Shown here: positions 52,334 through 64,000 of the stretch, in pieces
Numbering within the stretch: position 1 is the stretch's first letter
Layout of the letters: each line of letters opens with the position of its first letter
NCBI GenBank assembly: GCA_963734545.1
Contig: CAVTHO010000004.1
Location: 96,001-160,000 of the forward strand
Reading direction: 5' to 3'
DNA: 64,000 bases
DNA from: an uncultured Spirochaetota bacterium
GTDB taxonomy: Bacteria > Spirochaetota > Spirochaetia > SZUA-6 > Fen-1364
Made by a program: the position numbers and the translations under genes
The notes under the pieces: generated by a model
What the model saw: only the letters and a program-made list of their open reading frames with translations
What the model was told of the DNA's origin: nothing
Database searches by the model: none

Positions 52334-53257
52334 CCCCTCGGGTGGACGGGAGGCTTTCGACTGCGCAAGCCCGGCCGCCAGCTCCTCTCCCGTGAACCGG
52401 GCAAGGAGCACGGCGCCCAGGAGGATGCCCGCGTAGCCGAGTGCCGCGAGCACGCGCAGCCGCGGGTCCCCTGCCAGGCCTTCCCCGAGTGCGGCGATTC
52501 CGATGAATATCGCGGCCAGGCGCGCGCACAGGTCCGACACCGCGGTGACGAGAATGGCGCGGCCGTGCTGGTAGGCACGGGACAGGAGGAGAAAGCCCGA
52601 CACGTAGAAAGCGATCAGTCCCACGCCGGCGGCCACCGCGGGAAAGCCGAATCCGTGCCGTTGAAGCAATCCTATCAGGACCTTGGTTGCCACATCTCCG
52701 AGCCCCAGCAGGGTGCCTGCCATGATGGCAAAGACGATCACCCACGGCAGGCGGATACGCAGCAAGCCGGGGACCGCATAGGCCGCCGCGCACGCCAGCA
52801 GGCACGCGGCGATTGCCGGTACCAGGCGCGCAAGGGAAAGCTCGCCCGGGGCCCGTACCGAAGAGCTGTTTGCTATTCCCAGCACCACGATCCCGGAGGT
52901 CACCAGGACAACGCCGAGCCATTCCCGCGCGGAGAGCCTGTGCCGAAGGAAGATCAGGGAAAAGACGGCAAGGATCACGAATCCCGATCCCTGGATTGCC
53001 CGGGCCACTGACACGGGCGTATAGGCCAGGGCGAAGGCGAAGAGTCCCCAACCGATTGCGGACGCGGCAAGACCCGCCATCCAGCGCCCGGACTTCAGGA
53101 GGGCAAGAAGCGACGCCGAAGTTGAACGGCCGAAACTGATGCGCGGGGCCCGGTCCACGGCCTGCTTCTGCAGAACGATGCCTGCATCCCACAGGAGCGC
53201 GCACAGGCTTATGAGGATGAGGGCAGTCCAGATCGACATGCTGTTCGCTCGCGACAT
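52316..53257 (-). CDS. DMT-superfamily membrane transporter
   Basis: GIVLQK, RWMAGL, ALAYTPVSV, RAYQHGRA, about nine TM helices. Confidence 0.8.
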   Translation of the reverse strand: MSRANSMSIWTALILISLCALLWDAGIVLQKQAVDRAPRISFGRSTSASLLALLKSGRWMAGLAASAIGWGLFAFALAYTPVSVARAIQGSGFVILAVFSLIFLRHRLSAREWLGVVLVTSGIVVLGIANSSSVRAPGELSLARLVPAIAACLLACAAAYAVPGLLRIRLPWVIVFAIMAGTLLGLGDVATKVLIGLLQRHGFGFPAVAAGVGLIAFYVSGFLLLSRAYQHGRAILVTAVSDLCARLAAIFIGIAALGEGLAGDPRLRVLAALGYAGILLGAVLLARFTGEELAAGLAQSKASRPPEGSQDLE

Positions 53258-53275
53258 ACAATACTCGCCGCTGCC

Positions 53276-54202
53276 ATGGGGAACAAGAACTCGCTTCCCG
53301 CCTATCTTTCCACGAGCTCATCGGGCTTGCTGTCACAGAAAGCCGATCTGCTCGACGCGCGCTCCTCCCCCTGCCTGCTGTGTCCGCATCACTGCAGGGC
53401 GCACCGGCGCGACGGGGAACAGGGAAGGTGCCGGCTGGGCGCCGAGACGCTCGTCGCGAACGCCGCGCCCCACTTCGGAGAAGAACCTCCCCTTGTCGGG
53501 CAGGGCGGCTCGGGAACGATCTTCTTCGCCTCCTGCAACCTGGCCTGCGTGTTCTGCCAGAACTACGAGATCAGCCACTTTTCCAGAGGGGACGCGATGA
53601 GCGCCGAGGAGCTCGCCGCTCTGATGCTCCGGCTTCAAGGGCTTGGGTGCCACAACATCAACCTCGTGACTCCCACGCACGTCGTGCATGCCATCGTGCG
53701 GGCGCTGGCAATCGCCGCATCAAGAGGGCTGCGCATTCCGCTTGTGTACAACTGCGGCGGCTACGAGTCCGTGGAGACTCTCCGGCTGCTGGACGGAGTC
53801 ATCGACATCTACATGCCTGACATAAAGTATTCCTCGGATGACGAGGCTTTGCGCTACTCTGGCGTCAAGGACTACTGGCAGCGGGCAAAGGAAGCGATGC
53901 GTGAAATGCACCGGCAGGTGGGTGATCTGGAGATCGACTCGCGGGGAGTGGCGCGGCGCGGCCTGCTTATTCGCCACCTCGTGATGCCGGGAGACCTGGC
54001 GGGGACGGATCGGGTTGTCCAGTTCATTGCATCAGAGATTTCCCGGGACAGCTACGTCAACGTGATGGATCAGTACCACCCCTGCTTCAAAGCCGCCCGG
54101 ATTCCAGAGCTCTCTCGGCCGGTGACACGCTCTGAATATCTTCAGGCCGTCACGGAGGCACGGCGCGCCGGATTGTCACGGGGGCTTCCGACCTGGCCGT
54201 AG
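53276..54202 (+). CDS. Radical SAM protein, PflX-like
   Basis: CLLCPHHC, HFGEEPPL.G..GSGTIFF, CNLACVFCQN, HNINLVTPTH, RHLVMPG. Confidence 0.9.
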   Translation: MGNKNSLPAYLSTSSSGLLSQKADLLDARSSPCLLCPHHCRAHRRDGEQGRCRLGAETLVANAAPHFGEEPPLVGQGGSGTIFFASCNLACVFCQNYEISHFSRGDAMSAEELAALMLRLQGLGCHNINLVTPTHVVHAIVRALAIAASRGLRIPLVYNCGGYESVETLRLLDGVIDIYMPDIKYSSDDEALRYSGVKDYWQRAKEAMREMHRQVGDLEIDSRGVARRGLLIRHLVMPGDLAGTDRVVQFIASEISRDSYVNVMDQYHPCFKAARIPELSRPVTRSEYLQAVTEARRAGLSRGLPTWP

Positions 54203-54273
54203 AGAGGGCGGCGTGGCCGAAGGCGGCGTCCGCCGGCCGCAAGGTTGCGCCTGCGGCCTGCAGAGGGCCCGTC

Positions 54274-57202
<2,929 letters not shown>

Positions 57203-57272
57203 GAATTATATCACAGGACACGGAGGTCCACGACTGGCGCCTGTTTCAGTATTCTCGAAGCAAGGTCTTCAT

Positions 57273-57785
57273 ATGGCAAAGCTCAATTTCACGTCGGAAA
57301 TCAGGATCTACAAGGCAAACCCCTACATACACGTGAGCGCAGAGCAGGCGCTCCGTCTCAAGCCGGGATGGAAAAAGCCGCTTCCCGTCCTGGTGCAGAT
57401 CAACGGCAAGCCCGACACGCCATGGCGGATCAACATGATGCCTGTCGGAGACGGCAGCTTCTACCTGTACCTCCATGGCAATGTCCGCAAAGCCTCACGG
57501 ACAAAAGTGGGAGACAAGGTAAAAGTGACCGTGACTTTCGATGCGGAATACCGCAGCGGTCCCATGGACAAGATGCCCGCATGGTTCAGCTCTGCCCTGA
57601 AGAAGAACGCAACCGCCAGGGGGAATTGGGAGCTGCTCATACCCAGTCGTCAGAAGGAAATTCTTCGGTATCTCTCCGCCTTGAAATCATGGGAAGCAAT
57701 AGAACGAAACCTCAAACGAGCTCTGCACGTGCTTTCGGGAAAACCGGAGAGATTCATGGCCCGGTCATGGGACAACGGAAAGTGA
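57273..57785 (+). CDS. DUF1905 / YdeI-OmpD-associated protein
   Basis: NPYIHV, PV...ING, LYL...VRK, PSRQKEILRY. Confidence 0.8.
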   Translation: MAKLNFTSEIRIYKANPYIHVSAEQALRLKPGWKKPLPVLVQINGKPDTPWRINMMPVGDGSFYLYLHGNVRKASRTKVGDKVKVTVTFDAEYRSGPMDKMPAWFSSALKKNATARGNWELLIPSRQKEILRYLSALKSWEAIERNLKRALHVLSGKPERFMARSWDNGK

Positions 57786-57825
57786 ACGCCCTGCTTTGTT
57801 TCCGGGGCCTCGCGCGAGCCGGCCC

Positions 57826-58170
57826 CTATGGCCTTTCCGGCAGCCGGTCTCCAGGGAAGCCGTTGCAGGCGTGGATCTCGTAGACAAACACTCCCGCCTT
57901 CACGCCTGGGTCATCGTCCATGACCTTCCTGATTTCATCCACAGTGCCGTTGAAGATGCCTACTCCGCTCACGTCGCTCCCGTCCCGGACCGGACAAACG
58001 ATGGAGAGGATGCCTTCCGCCCTGAGGGCAAAATTGCGCCTGCCATGCTCCCAGACGATCTTGTCCGCCCCCGGGCTGCCATATGCGGCAGCCTTCCTGA
58101 GGATCACGGCGCTGTACTCCCTGCTCATGGGCATCATCTGCTTCATGTATTCGTCGGTGATTTCTTTCAT
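57826..58170 (-). CDS. YciI-like dimeric alpha/beta-barrel protein
   Basis: IVWEHGRRNF, GVGIF, MDDDPGVKAGVF.YEIH. SD GGGAG. Confidence 0.7.
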   Translation of the reverse strand: MKEITDEYMKQMMPMSREYSAVILRKAAAYGSPGADKIVWEHGRRNFALRAEGILSIVCPVRDGSDVSGVGIFNGTVDEIRKVMDDDPGVKAGVFVYEIHACNGFPGDRLPERP

Positions 58171-58407
58171 CTTGTTCTCCCTTACATATGCGGCTGACGG
58201 CAGCGGGCCGCGCCGAAACGCGGCCCTGATCCTTCCTTCAATGTGACTCATCGTCAAGGTATGAATCACGAGGAGTGGGGGTCTTGTACAAATGGGACAT
58301 ACCTGGGGGAGATGAGCGCGCCCGTATGGATGCGCTGAAACCGCATGTTCGCGAGGGTCTTGGAGCTCAGGCCCACGTGATCGGAGAATTCCCCGGCTCA
58401 TCCCATG

Positions 58408-59223
58408 TCATGCACCGAGGGACCACCAGTCCAGGAGATGGCCTGCCCGCTCTCCAGAAAACCCAGCTATAAGCTCAAAAGGCCCACTGTCCCGTCCCCA
58501 CACCTTTTTGATAGCCTGCCGCCTCGAGTGCACGTTCAACTTTGTATAGATGCTCTGCAGGTGGCTCTCCGCGGTTCGCTCGCTGATGAAGAGCCGGGAG
58601 GCAATTTCCGGCGTGGTCGACCCGAGCATGAGCAGGGCAAGAACTTCGATTTCCCGGCGCGAAAGCTCTGGGAATCGGTCTGCGATCTCCTCCTGAGCAG
58701 GACAAAGCCGCGATGCGGCCTGCAGTCGATCAAAGAGCGCCATGAGGTTGTTGAGATGGGGATTGACGGCCGCCAGGATTGCGCGCTCCTGGTCCGAAAA
58801 CCGCGGTGCCCAACGAGACCTGTGGAGCGAAAGCGTAAGAGGGTATTCCGCCTGGAAGGCCGCCAAGGCGAACATGAGACCATTGGGTCGGGTGAAATCA
58901 GCAACGTATTCTGAACAGGGGTAGTCACGCCAACAGATCCTCCAGCTTGCTTGAAACCTGGCCATCTCATCTTCGTCAGTCATCCATGGCTGACGATTGT
59001 AGAAGTAAGCGTTATAAGCACGCTGCGTGGAATCGGGAAGTCCGTTGCCCACGATGATTCTCGTTGTGCGCGGATCGAAGAAACCCGCTGATACGTCATA
59101 GGGAATGATTTTTTGGACAGCGTCAAAGGTCCGCCTGCAGAACTCGGCGCGTGTTCGCGCGCGGCTTACTTCAAGCAGGTACTCGTGAACTCTCGACCAG
59201 GGCACCCTTCCCCAGTTTTTCAC
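58408..59223 (-). CDS. LuxR-family HTH regulator with GAF-like N-terminus
   Basis: FSDQERAIL...PHL, LSRREIEVLALL..G.TTPEIASRLFISERTAESHLQSIYTKLNV.SR. Start approximate. Confidence 0.85.
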   Translation of the reverse strand: MKNWGRVPWSRVHEYLLEVSRARTRAEFCRRTFDAVQKIIPYDVSAGFFDPRTTRIIVGNGLPDSTQRAYNAYFYNRQPWMTDEDEMARFQASWRICWRDYPCSEYVADFTRPNGLMFALAAFQAEYPLTLSLHRSRWAPRFSDQERAILAAVNPHLNNLMALFDRLQAASRLCPAQEEIADRFPELSRREIEVLALLMLGSTTPEIASRLFISERTAESHLQSIYTKLNVHSRRQAIKKVWGRDSGPFELIAGFSGERAGHLLDWWSLGA

Positions 59224-59427
59224 GTTATCATTTTCAACCTGTACAAATTCGAATGAATTATAGCATGGCAGAATACCCTCCACAATGTCCTCTTGTCTGA
59301 AATCCGTACTTTGTACGGAAGTCACCAAGATCCAGGCGAGGTAGGATTTGCGCCAAATAGCCCGCAGGCTGAAACAGGGAGAAGCGGGGCCAGGGGCACA
59401 ACCACTGCCCTCATGGAGGAAGATGCC

Positions 59428-61851
59428 ATGAAAAAGCCGAGGAAGATTGTCTTGAGCTGTGCCGCAGCCTGCGTGCTGCTTGTCTCCCTGGTTTCCTGCC
59501 CCAGCCCCAACGAAACTCCAAAGAGCACCAACGCTGATCTGAGCGCTTTGGCGATCAGCTCCGGCATCCTCATACCGGCGTTCGCGGCTGGCATTACAAC
59601 CTACAATGTGACAGTGGGAAGCGCTGTCAATAACATCACTGTCACCGCTGCCAAGGCACACTCGGGCGCCAGGATCGAGCTGCGGACGAACGGAGGAAGC
59701 TGGACGGAGATCTCCTCGGGGACTCCTTCGCCCTCGCTGAGCATGAGCGATGGGTCGAACACCGTGGAGCTCCAGGTGACGGCCGAGGACGCAACCACAA
59801 CCAAGACCTACACGATCAGCGTGTACCGGCTGAGCGCCCAGGCGCTTCTCAGCGCCTTGAGCACAAGCTCCGGCACCCTCTCCCCGGCCTTTGATGCGAA
59901 CACGGCGAGCTACGCCGTGAGCCTGTCCAATGCGGCAAGCTCTCTGACGGTTACCGCGACGACGGCGCAACCGGGGGCGACGATGCAGGTGCGGGTCAGC
60001 AGCGAGGTTTGGCAGGCGGCCGCCTCGGGCAGTCCCTCTCCCCCACTCTCGCTGAACGTTGGAGACAATGCCGTGGAGGTGAAGGTGACGGCGGAGGACG
60101 GTCTCACCTCGAACACATACACCGTCACTGCGCATCGGAAAAGCGTGGATGCGGACTTGTGCGGGCTGGTGCCCAGCGCAGGGACGCTCAGTCCTGTCTT
60201 TGATGCGTCGATAGCCTCCTACACGACGAATGTGGGCAATGCGGTGAGCTCGATCACGGTGACAGCCACTGCGTCGTATTCGCTTTCCACGATCGAGGCC
60301 CAGGTGAACGGCGGGGGATGGCAGACGTGCACCTCCGGCACCCCTTCTCCGTCGCTTTCGCTGAACGTGGGGGACAACACCGTGGTTGTGCGAGTGACCG
60401 CGGAAGACGGGAGCCCTCAGAAGAGCTACAACCTCACGGTGCGCCGCCGGAATGGGAACGCGAATTTGTCTGGCCTGACCATCGGCTCAGGGACGTTGAA
60501 TCCAGCCTTCAGCGCATCGACGACGAGCTACACCGACACGGTGTCGAACGGGATCGGCTCGGTGAGCGTTACACCGACAGCCGCAAGCTCCCTTTCCACG
60601 ATCCAGGTGCAGGTGAATGGTGGTGGGTGGCAGGGGGTCAGCTCGGGCAGCCCTTCTCCAGGGTTGAGCCTGAACCTGGGGACAAACACCGTTGAAGTGA
60701 AGGTGACGGCTGAGGACACGAGCATTACGAAGACCTACACGATTTTCGTTGTGCGCAGGTACGCGGGGGCGCTGGATATCGACTTCGCAGCCGGGGCAGG
60801 GGCAAACAACACTGTATACTCGCTTGCAGTGCAAGGCGACGGCAAGATCCTCATCGGAGGTGCCTTCACAACCTACAACGGCACCTCCCGGGGATGCATC
60901 GCGCGACTGAACAGTGACGGCAGCCTGGATACCTCCTTTGCGGCAGGAGCCGGGGCAAACGGTGTTGTGTACTCGATCGTGCCGCAAAGCAGCGGCAAAA
61001 TCCTCATTGCAGGGTCCTTCACGAGCTACGATGGCACCCCGCGAGGGCGTGTAGCGCGGCTGAACAGCGACGGCAGCCTGGATACCTCCTTCGCAGCCGG
61101 AACCGGAGCTGACGGTCGCATAGCCTCGATCGCGGTGCAGAGCGACGGAAAGATCGTCATAGTTGGAGGATTCAACGCCTACAATGGCACGGCAGCAACG
61201 TTCATTGCGCGGCTCAACAGCAGTGACGGGAGCCTGGACACTACCTTCTCCGCATGGACGAGCGGCCCGATAGATGCTGTCGCAGTGCAACAGAGCGATG
61301 GCAAAATCCTCATTTGCGGCGGGTTCGGCAAGTGCAACGGCGTCTCCCAGAGATGCATTGCACGGCTGAACAGTGATGGCAGCCTGGACGCCACACTTGT
61401 TTCCAAGGCCGCGGCAAGTGAGATCCTCTCGATGGCAGTCCAGAGCAACGGCAAAATTCTCATAGGGGGGTACTTCACCGCCTATGACAGTACGAGCCGC
61501 GGGCGCATTGCGCGGTTGAACACCGATGGCAGCCTGGATACTACCTTCGCCTTCGGGGTCGGCGCGAACGAGGGCGTGTACTCGATCGCGGTGCAGAGCA
61601 CGAGTGTCCTTTACATCCTGGTCGGTGGTATCTTCACGGCCTATGACAGCACCAGCCGGGGATACGTTTCACGCATGACATACCTGGATGGCAGCCTCAA
61701 TGCCGGGTTCCTTACCGTCGGTGCCGGCGCAAATGGCTGGGTAAAATCAGTCGCCGTGCAGAGCGACGGGAGGATCCTCATTGGCGGCGAATTCACAACG
61801 TACAATGGAACCACTCGAGGCCATATCGCGCGGCTGTGGGGTGATGATTAG
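59428..61851 (+). CDS. Surface lipoprotein: four cadherin-like beta-sandwiches plus seven delta-60 repeats (beta-propeller)
   Basis: LVSLVSC lipobox, VTAED...KTY repeats, SLDTSF...AVQSDGKILIGG repeats. SD GGAGG. Confidence 0.9.
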   Translation: MKKPRKIVLSCAAACVLLVSLVSCPSPNETPKSTNADLSALAISSGILIPAFAAGITTYNVTVGSAVNNITVTAAKAHSGARIELRTNGGSWTEISSGTPSPSLSMSDGSNTVELQVTAEDATTTKTYTISVYRLSAQALLSALSTSSGTLSPAFDANTASYAVSLSNAASSLTVTATTAQPGATMQVRVSSEVWQAAASGSPSPPLSLNVGDNAVEVKVTAEDGLTSNTYTVTAHRKSVDADLCGLVPSAGTLSPVFDASIASYTTNVGNAVSSITVTATASYSLSTIEAQVNGGGWQTCTSGTPSPSLSLNVGDNTVVVRVTAEDGSPQKSYNLTVRRRNGNANLSGLTIGSGTLNPAFSASTTSYTDTVSNGIGSVSVTPTAASSLSTIQVQVNGGGWQGVSSGSPSPGLSLNLGTNTVEVKVTAEDTSITKTYTIFVVRRYAGALDIDFAAGAGANNTVYSLAVQGDGKILIGGAFTTYNGTSRGCIARLNSDGSLDTSFAAGAGANGVVYSIVPQSSGKILIAGSFTSYDGTPRGRVARLNSDGSLDTSFAAGTGADGRIASIAVQSDGKIVIVGGFNAYNGTAATFIARLNSSDGSLDTTFSAWTSGPIDAVAVQQSDGKILICGGFGKCNGVSQRCIARLNSDGSLDATLVSKAAASEILSMAVQSNGKILIGGYFTAYDSTSRGRIARLNTDGSLDTTFAFGVGANEGVYSIAVQSTSVLYILVGGIFTAYDSTSRGYVSRMTYLDGSLNAGFLTVGAGANGWVKSVAVQSDGRILIGGEFTTYNGTTRGHIARLWGDD
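59524..60759 (+). repeat. Four intragenic tandem repeats of 309 bp (103 aa)
   Basis: Units start at 59524, 59833, 60142 and 60451. Confidence 0.85.
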
Positions 61852-62000
61852 TCAGCAGACACAACGCATGAAACCGGCACAGCTTCACCTGGTCAGGCCT
61901 CGGGAGACGGCGGGAAGGTTGCGATGGACGCAAGGCTGGGGCTGCGCCACATGGAGCGAATGTACTATTCGAGCGGCACGCAGGCAGTACGGCTAGCCCA

Positions 62001-62576
62001 TTAAAAACGGAAGCCAACAGACAGCGCTGCGCGTGGGATTATCTCCGTGCTCTCATCAAGGGGATCGTTTGACTGGAGCGGTCCGTAGGCCAGGCCGAGC
62101 GCGATATCTATGTCGATGTTCCATGGAAGAAGAAACTGGTAGCCGAGCGATAGACCCAATCCTTCGCCAGTCGCCCTGAAGTCTTGATCTGAGCTGTAGC
62201 TCACTGCAAAGGCGGGACCTATGAAGAGTCCACTCAGCCCGTTCTGAAAGGGATGCCAATCCAGTTCAACCCACAGGATTGCGAGGAAAGACGAATAAGT
62301 GCCGTGATCCGCCCAGGTGAAGCTGGGCGCGATAGCCAGCACCAGGTGGTCAGAGAGGACACGCTCATAGCTCAGGTACACCGGGTATACGGTTGTGCCT
62401 TCCTTTGCGAGGAGGTTCAGGACAATGGGCATTGCCAGGTCTATGGACACCTCGTTCTTCTCTTTGCCGAAATCGGTGTCGGCGGCCACTGCAATAATCG
62501 GCGCTAAGAACAACAGTACGGTGGCGAACACCAGGGCCAGAGGTGCGCGGAATCTACTCATGAACTTCTCCTCCAT
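62001..62576 (-). CDS. Small outer-membrane beta-barrel protein (DUF3575-like)
   Basis: Signal peptide, alternating hydrophobic strands, GLFIGP, LGYQF, C-terminal SVGFRF. Confidence 0.7.
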   Translation of the reverse strand: MEEKFMSRFRAPLALVFATVLLFLAPIIAVAADTDFGKEKNEVSIDLAMPIVLNLLAKEGTTVYPVYLSYERVLSDHLVLAIAPSFTWADHGTYSSFLAILWVELDWHPFQNGLSGLFIGPAFAVSYSSDQDFRATGEGLGLSLGYQFLLPWNIDIDIALGLAYGPLQSNDPLDESTEIIPRAALSVGFRF

Positions 62577-62799
62577 GCAACTTGTAGGCTGCTAGGACTA
62601 TCGATCAGTAGGCTTGTCGCAGGTACGCCGTCCCATTTTGTTCGCCAGCGGCTACTTCTTGCCTTGGATTGTATGTCATCAAGTCAGAAATTTCAAGCAA
62701 AAACTATTATAATCTCCAATTAAGGGGCCGGTACTCATGAGAGACTGAATTGGATGGTATTGTTATATCAAAATGATATTGATGTAATGCTGCCCTATG

Positions 62800-63330
62800 T
62801 GCCTCCTGCTCTGCGCTACAAACCTCCTCGCCTCTGCCGCGATCCTCGCCCCCGAGGTGTCTACTGACAACCCCGCACGCGCCACCACCACTTCTCCTGA
62901 CCCGATCCCTGCATTCATCCGCCTCAGCGCGCTCGAGAGCCTCGGCGCTTCCCACCTCTCCCAGAAGCCCCTCCACCGCCACCGTGGCCTCTTTCGCGTC
63001 ATAGCTCATCCCGCTCACAAGCAGCGTACCCGCGTTCCGCGAGCTGTCCTCTGCGCTCGCTCCCACCTCTGAGAGTATCGCCTCGTTGCCTGCCTGCCCT
63101 GCCTTCTCCCGCGTGGCCTCCACCCATGCAAGCTTGCTCTCTCCCATGTTCAGGTAGGCCTGCCTCCACGCCTCGCTCTTCTCCCCATACTCCTGCTGGA
63201 AGCCCTGCCTCCACTGCACAAGGGCTCGCCCCAGCTTCTCCTGGCTGCTCGCCCATGCGCTTGCCGCCTGGGCCCTCACCAGCCCCACCTGTGCGTACCA
63301 CCCCTGCCGTCTGTCTCCAAGGTCCTGCAC
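62800..63330 (-). pseudogene. Internal fragment of a large helical protein, frameshifted near 62930
   Basis: Trp-periodic coiled-coil-like peptide continuing across two frames. No SD or signal peptide. Ends abruptly at an AT-rich patch. Confidence 0.4.
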
Positions 63331-63536
63331 TGACCGCGCCCAGTCCTGCCTTTTTTATAGAGGCTGTGAGGAAAGAGAAGAATCTGTAGGGGGAGCACGC
63401 TCGACTGAAGAGGGACGGCGTAGGTACGGAAGTGCAAGCTCATCTTACGCGGCTCCCCCTCGCTACGGACTCCTCGGCTCGCTCCGCGAGCCTGCGGGGT
63501 CCTCCGCTACCCCCTCTGGGTTATCTACGGGGCCGC

Positions 63537-64000
63537 CTAAAGAATCCACCGCCAGAGGCGGTGGATTTCAGGCGGGCCTCTAAAAGAGGCCTCTTCGCGC
63601 TCCTTCTCCTCGAGCCGCTCCTTTTCTTCCTGGTATCGCACATAGCGGCGTATCTTTTCCTCGTCCAGCCCTATGGTCGTTACGCAGTAGCCGCGGCTCC
63701 AGAAATGATTTCCCCAGTACGGTTTCCGCCTCAGGTTCCTGTAGGTCTTGAACAATCCTATTGCTGTCTTACCCTTTATGAATCCCATTAACTCTGATAT
63801 CGATACTTTTGGAGGAACGATCACCACCAGATGCACATGATCCGTCATCACTTTCAGTTCTTCTATCTCACTATGCTTCCACTCGCAGATCGACCTGATA
63901 CGTTCTTCGATGTACTTCGTTACAGGTCCTTCTAGAATCCGAAATCGATATTTGGGGCACCACACCACGTGATAACTACACTGGTAGACCACGTGCGACT
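63537..64000 (-). mobile_element. tnpA: IS200/IS605-family HUH (Y1) transposase gene, 5' end outside window
   Basis: YHVVWCPKYR, DHVHL (HUH), FIKGK, FWSRGY, catalytic Tyr in RRYVRYQ. Confidence 0.95.
63543..63567. mobile_element. IS200 right-end subterminal hairpin
   Basis: AATCCACCGCC-AGA-GGCGGTGGATT, perfect 11-bp stem at the tnpA 3' end. Confidence 0.8.

Noticed and set aside
58200-58407. Possible gene remnant or small ORF (58275-58472) between the yciI-like and luxR genes
   Set aside because: No recognisable motif or convincing start, and it overlaps the luxR 3' end
59524-61848. Regular repeats considered as a CRISPR array or DGR template/variable repeats
   Set aside because: They are in-frame, degenerate protein-domain repeats with no unique spacers, no adenine-specific variation and no cas or reverse transcriptase gene

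Overview
GC-rich bacterial chromosomal segment. It is probably from a Spirochaetia-class organism; this is inferred from the spirochaete-type lipobox, MCP types and gene content, and is not proven. It is a patchwork of about 55 small accessory, regulatory and stress genes: LacI plus xylose-isomerase-like enzyme, an ECF42-type sigma factor with its DGPF/YciI partner, perR-katG, two sigma54-driven chemoreceptor loci (one with an orphan substrate-binding protein), an M1 aminopeptidase, AraC/methyltransferase, EVE plus an Ada-like Cys protein, an AbrB-fold (HgcC-like) gene plus arsM, PadR/EFR1 flavodoxin-ferredoxins, a DUF4384 / CHASE2-cyclase / exported caspase-like trio, a 9.2-kb cyclic beta-1,2-glucan synthase, a PAS hybrid kinase, LuxR plus a repeat-rich surface lipoprotein, and an IS200-type transposase at the right edge. 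Several genes carry frameshifts that are almost all +1 insertions, most likely read errors. Several genuine-looking gene fragments and an orphan IS end mark rearrangement scars. No rRNA, tRNA or CRISPR array was seen. Best novel-system candidates: (1) the extracytoplasmic orthocaspase-DUF4384-CHASE2 cyclase module with a shared bidirectional promoter; (2) a Cys-Cys AbrB-fold regulator of arsM with a 9-bp tandem operator and no ArsR. All family calls come from motif recognition by eye; no database searches were run.
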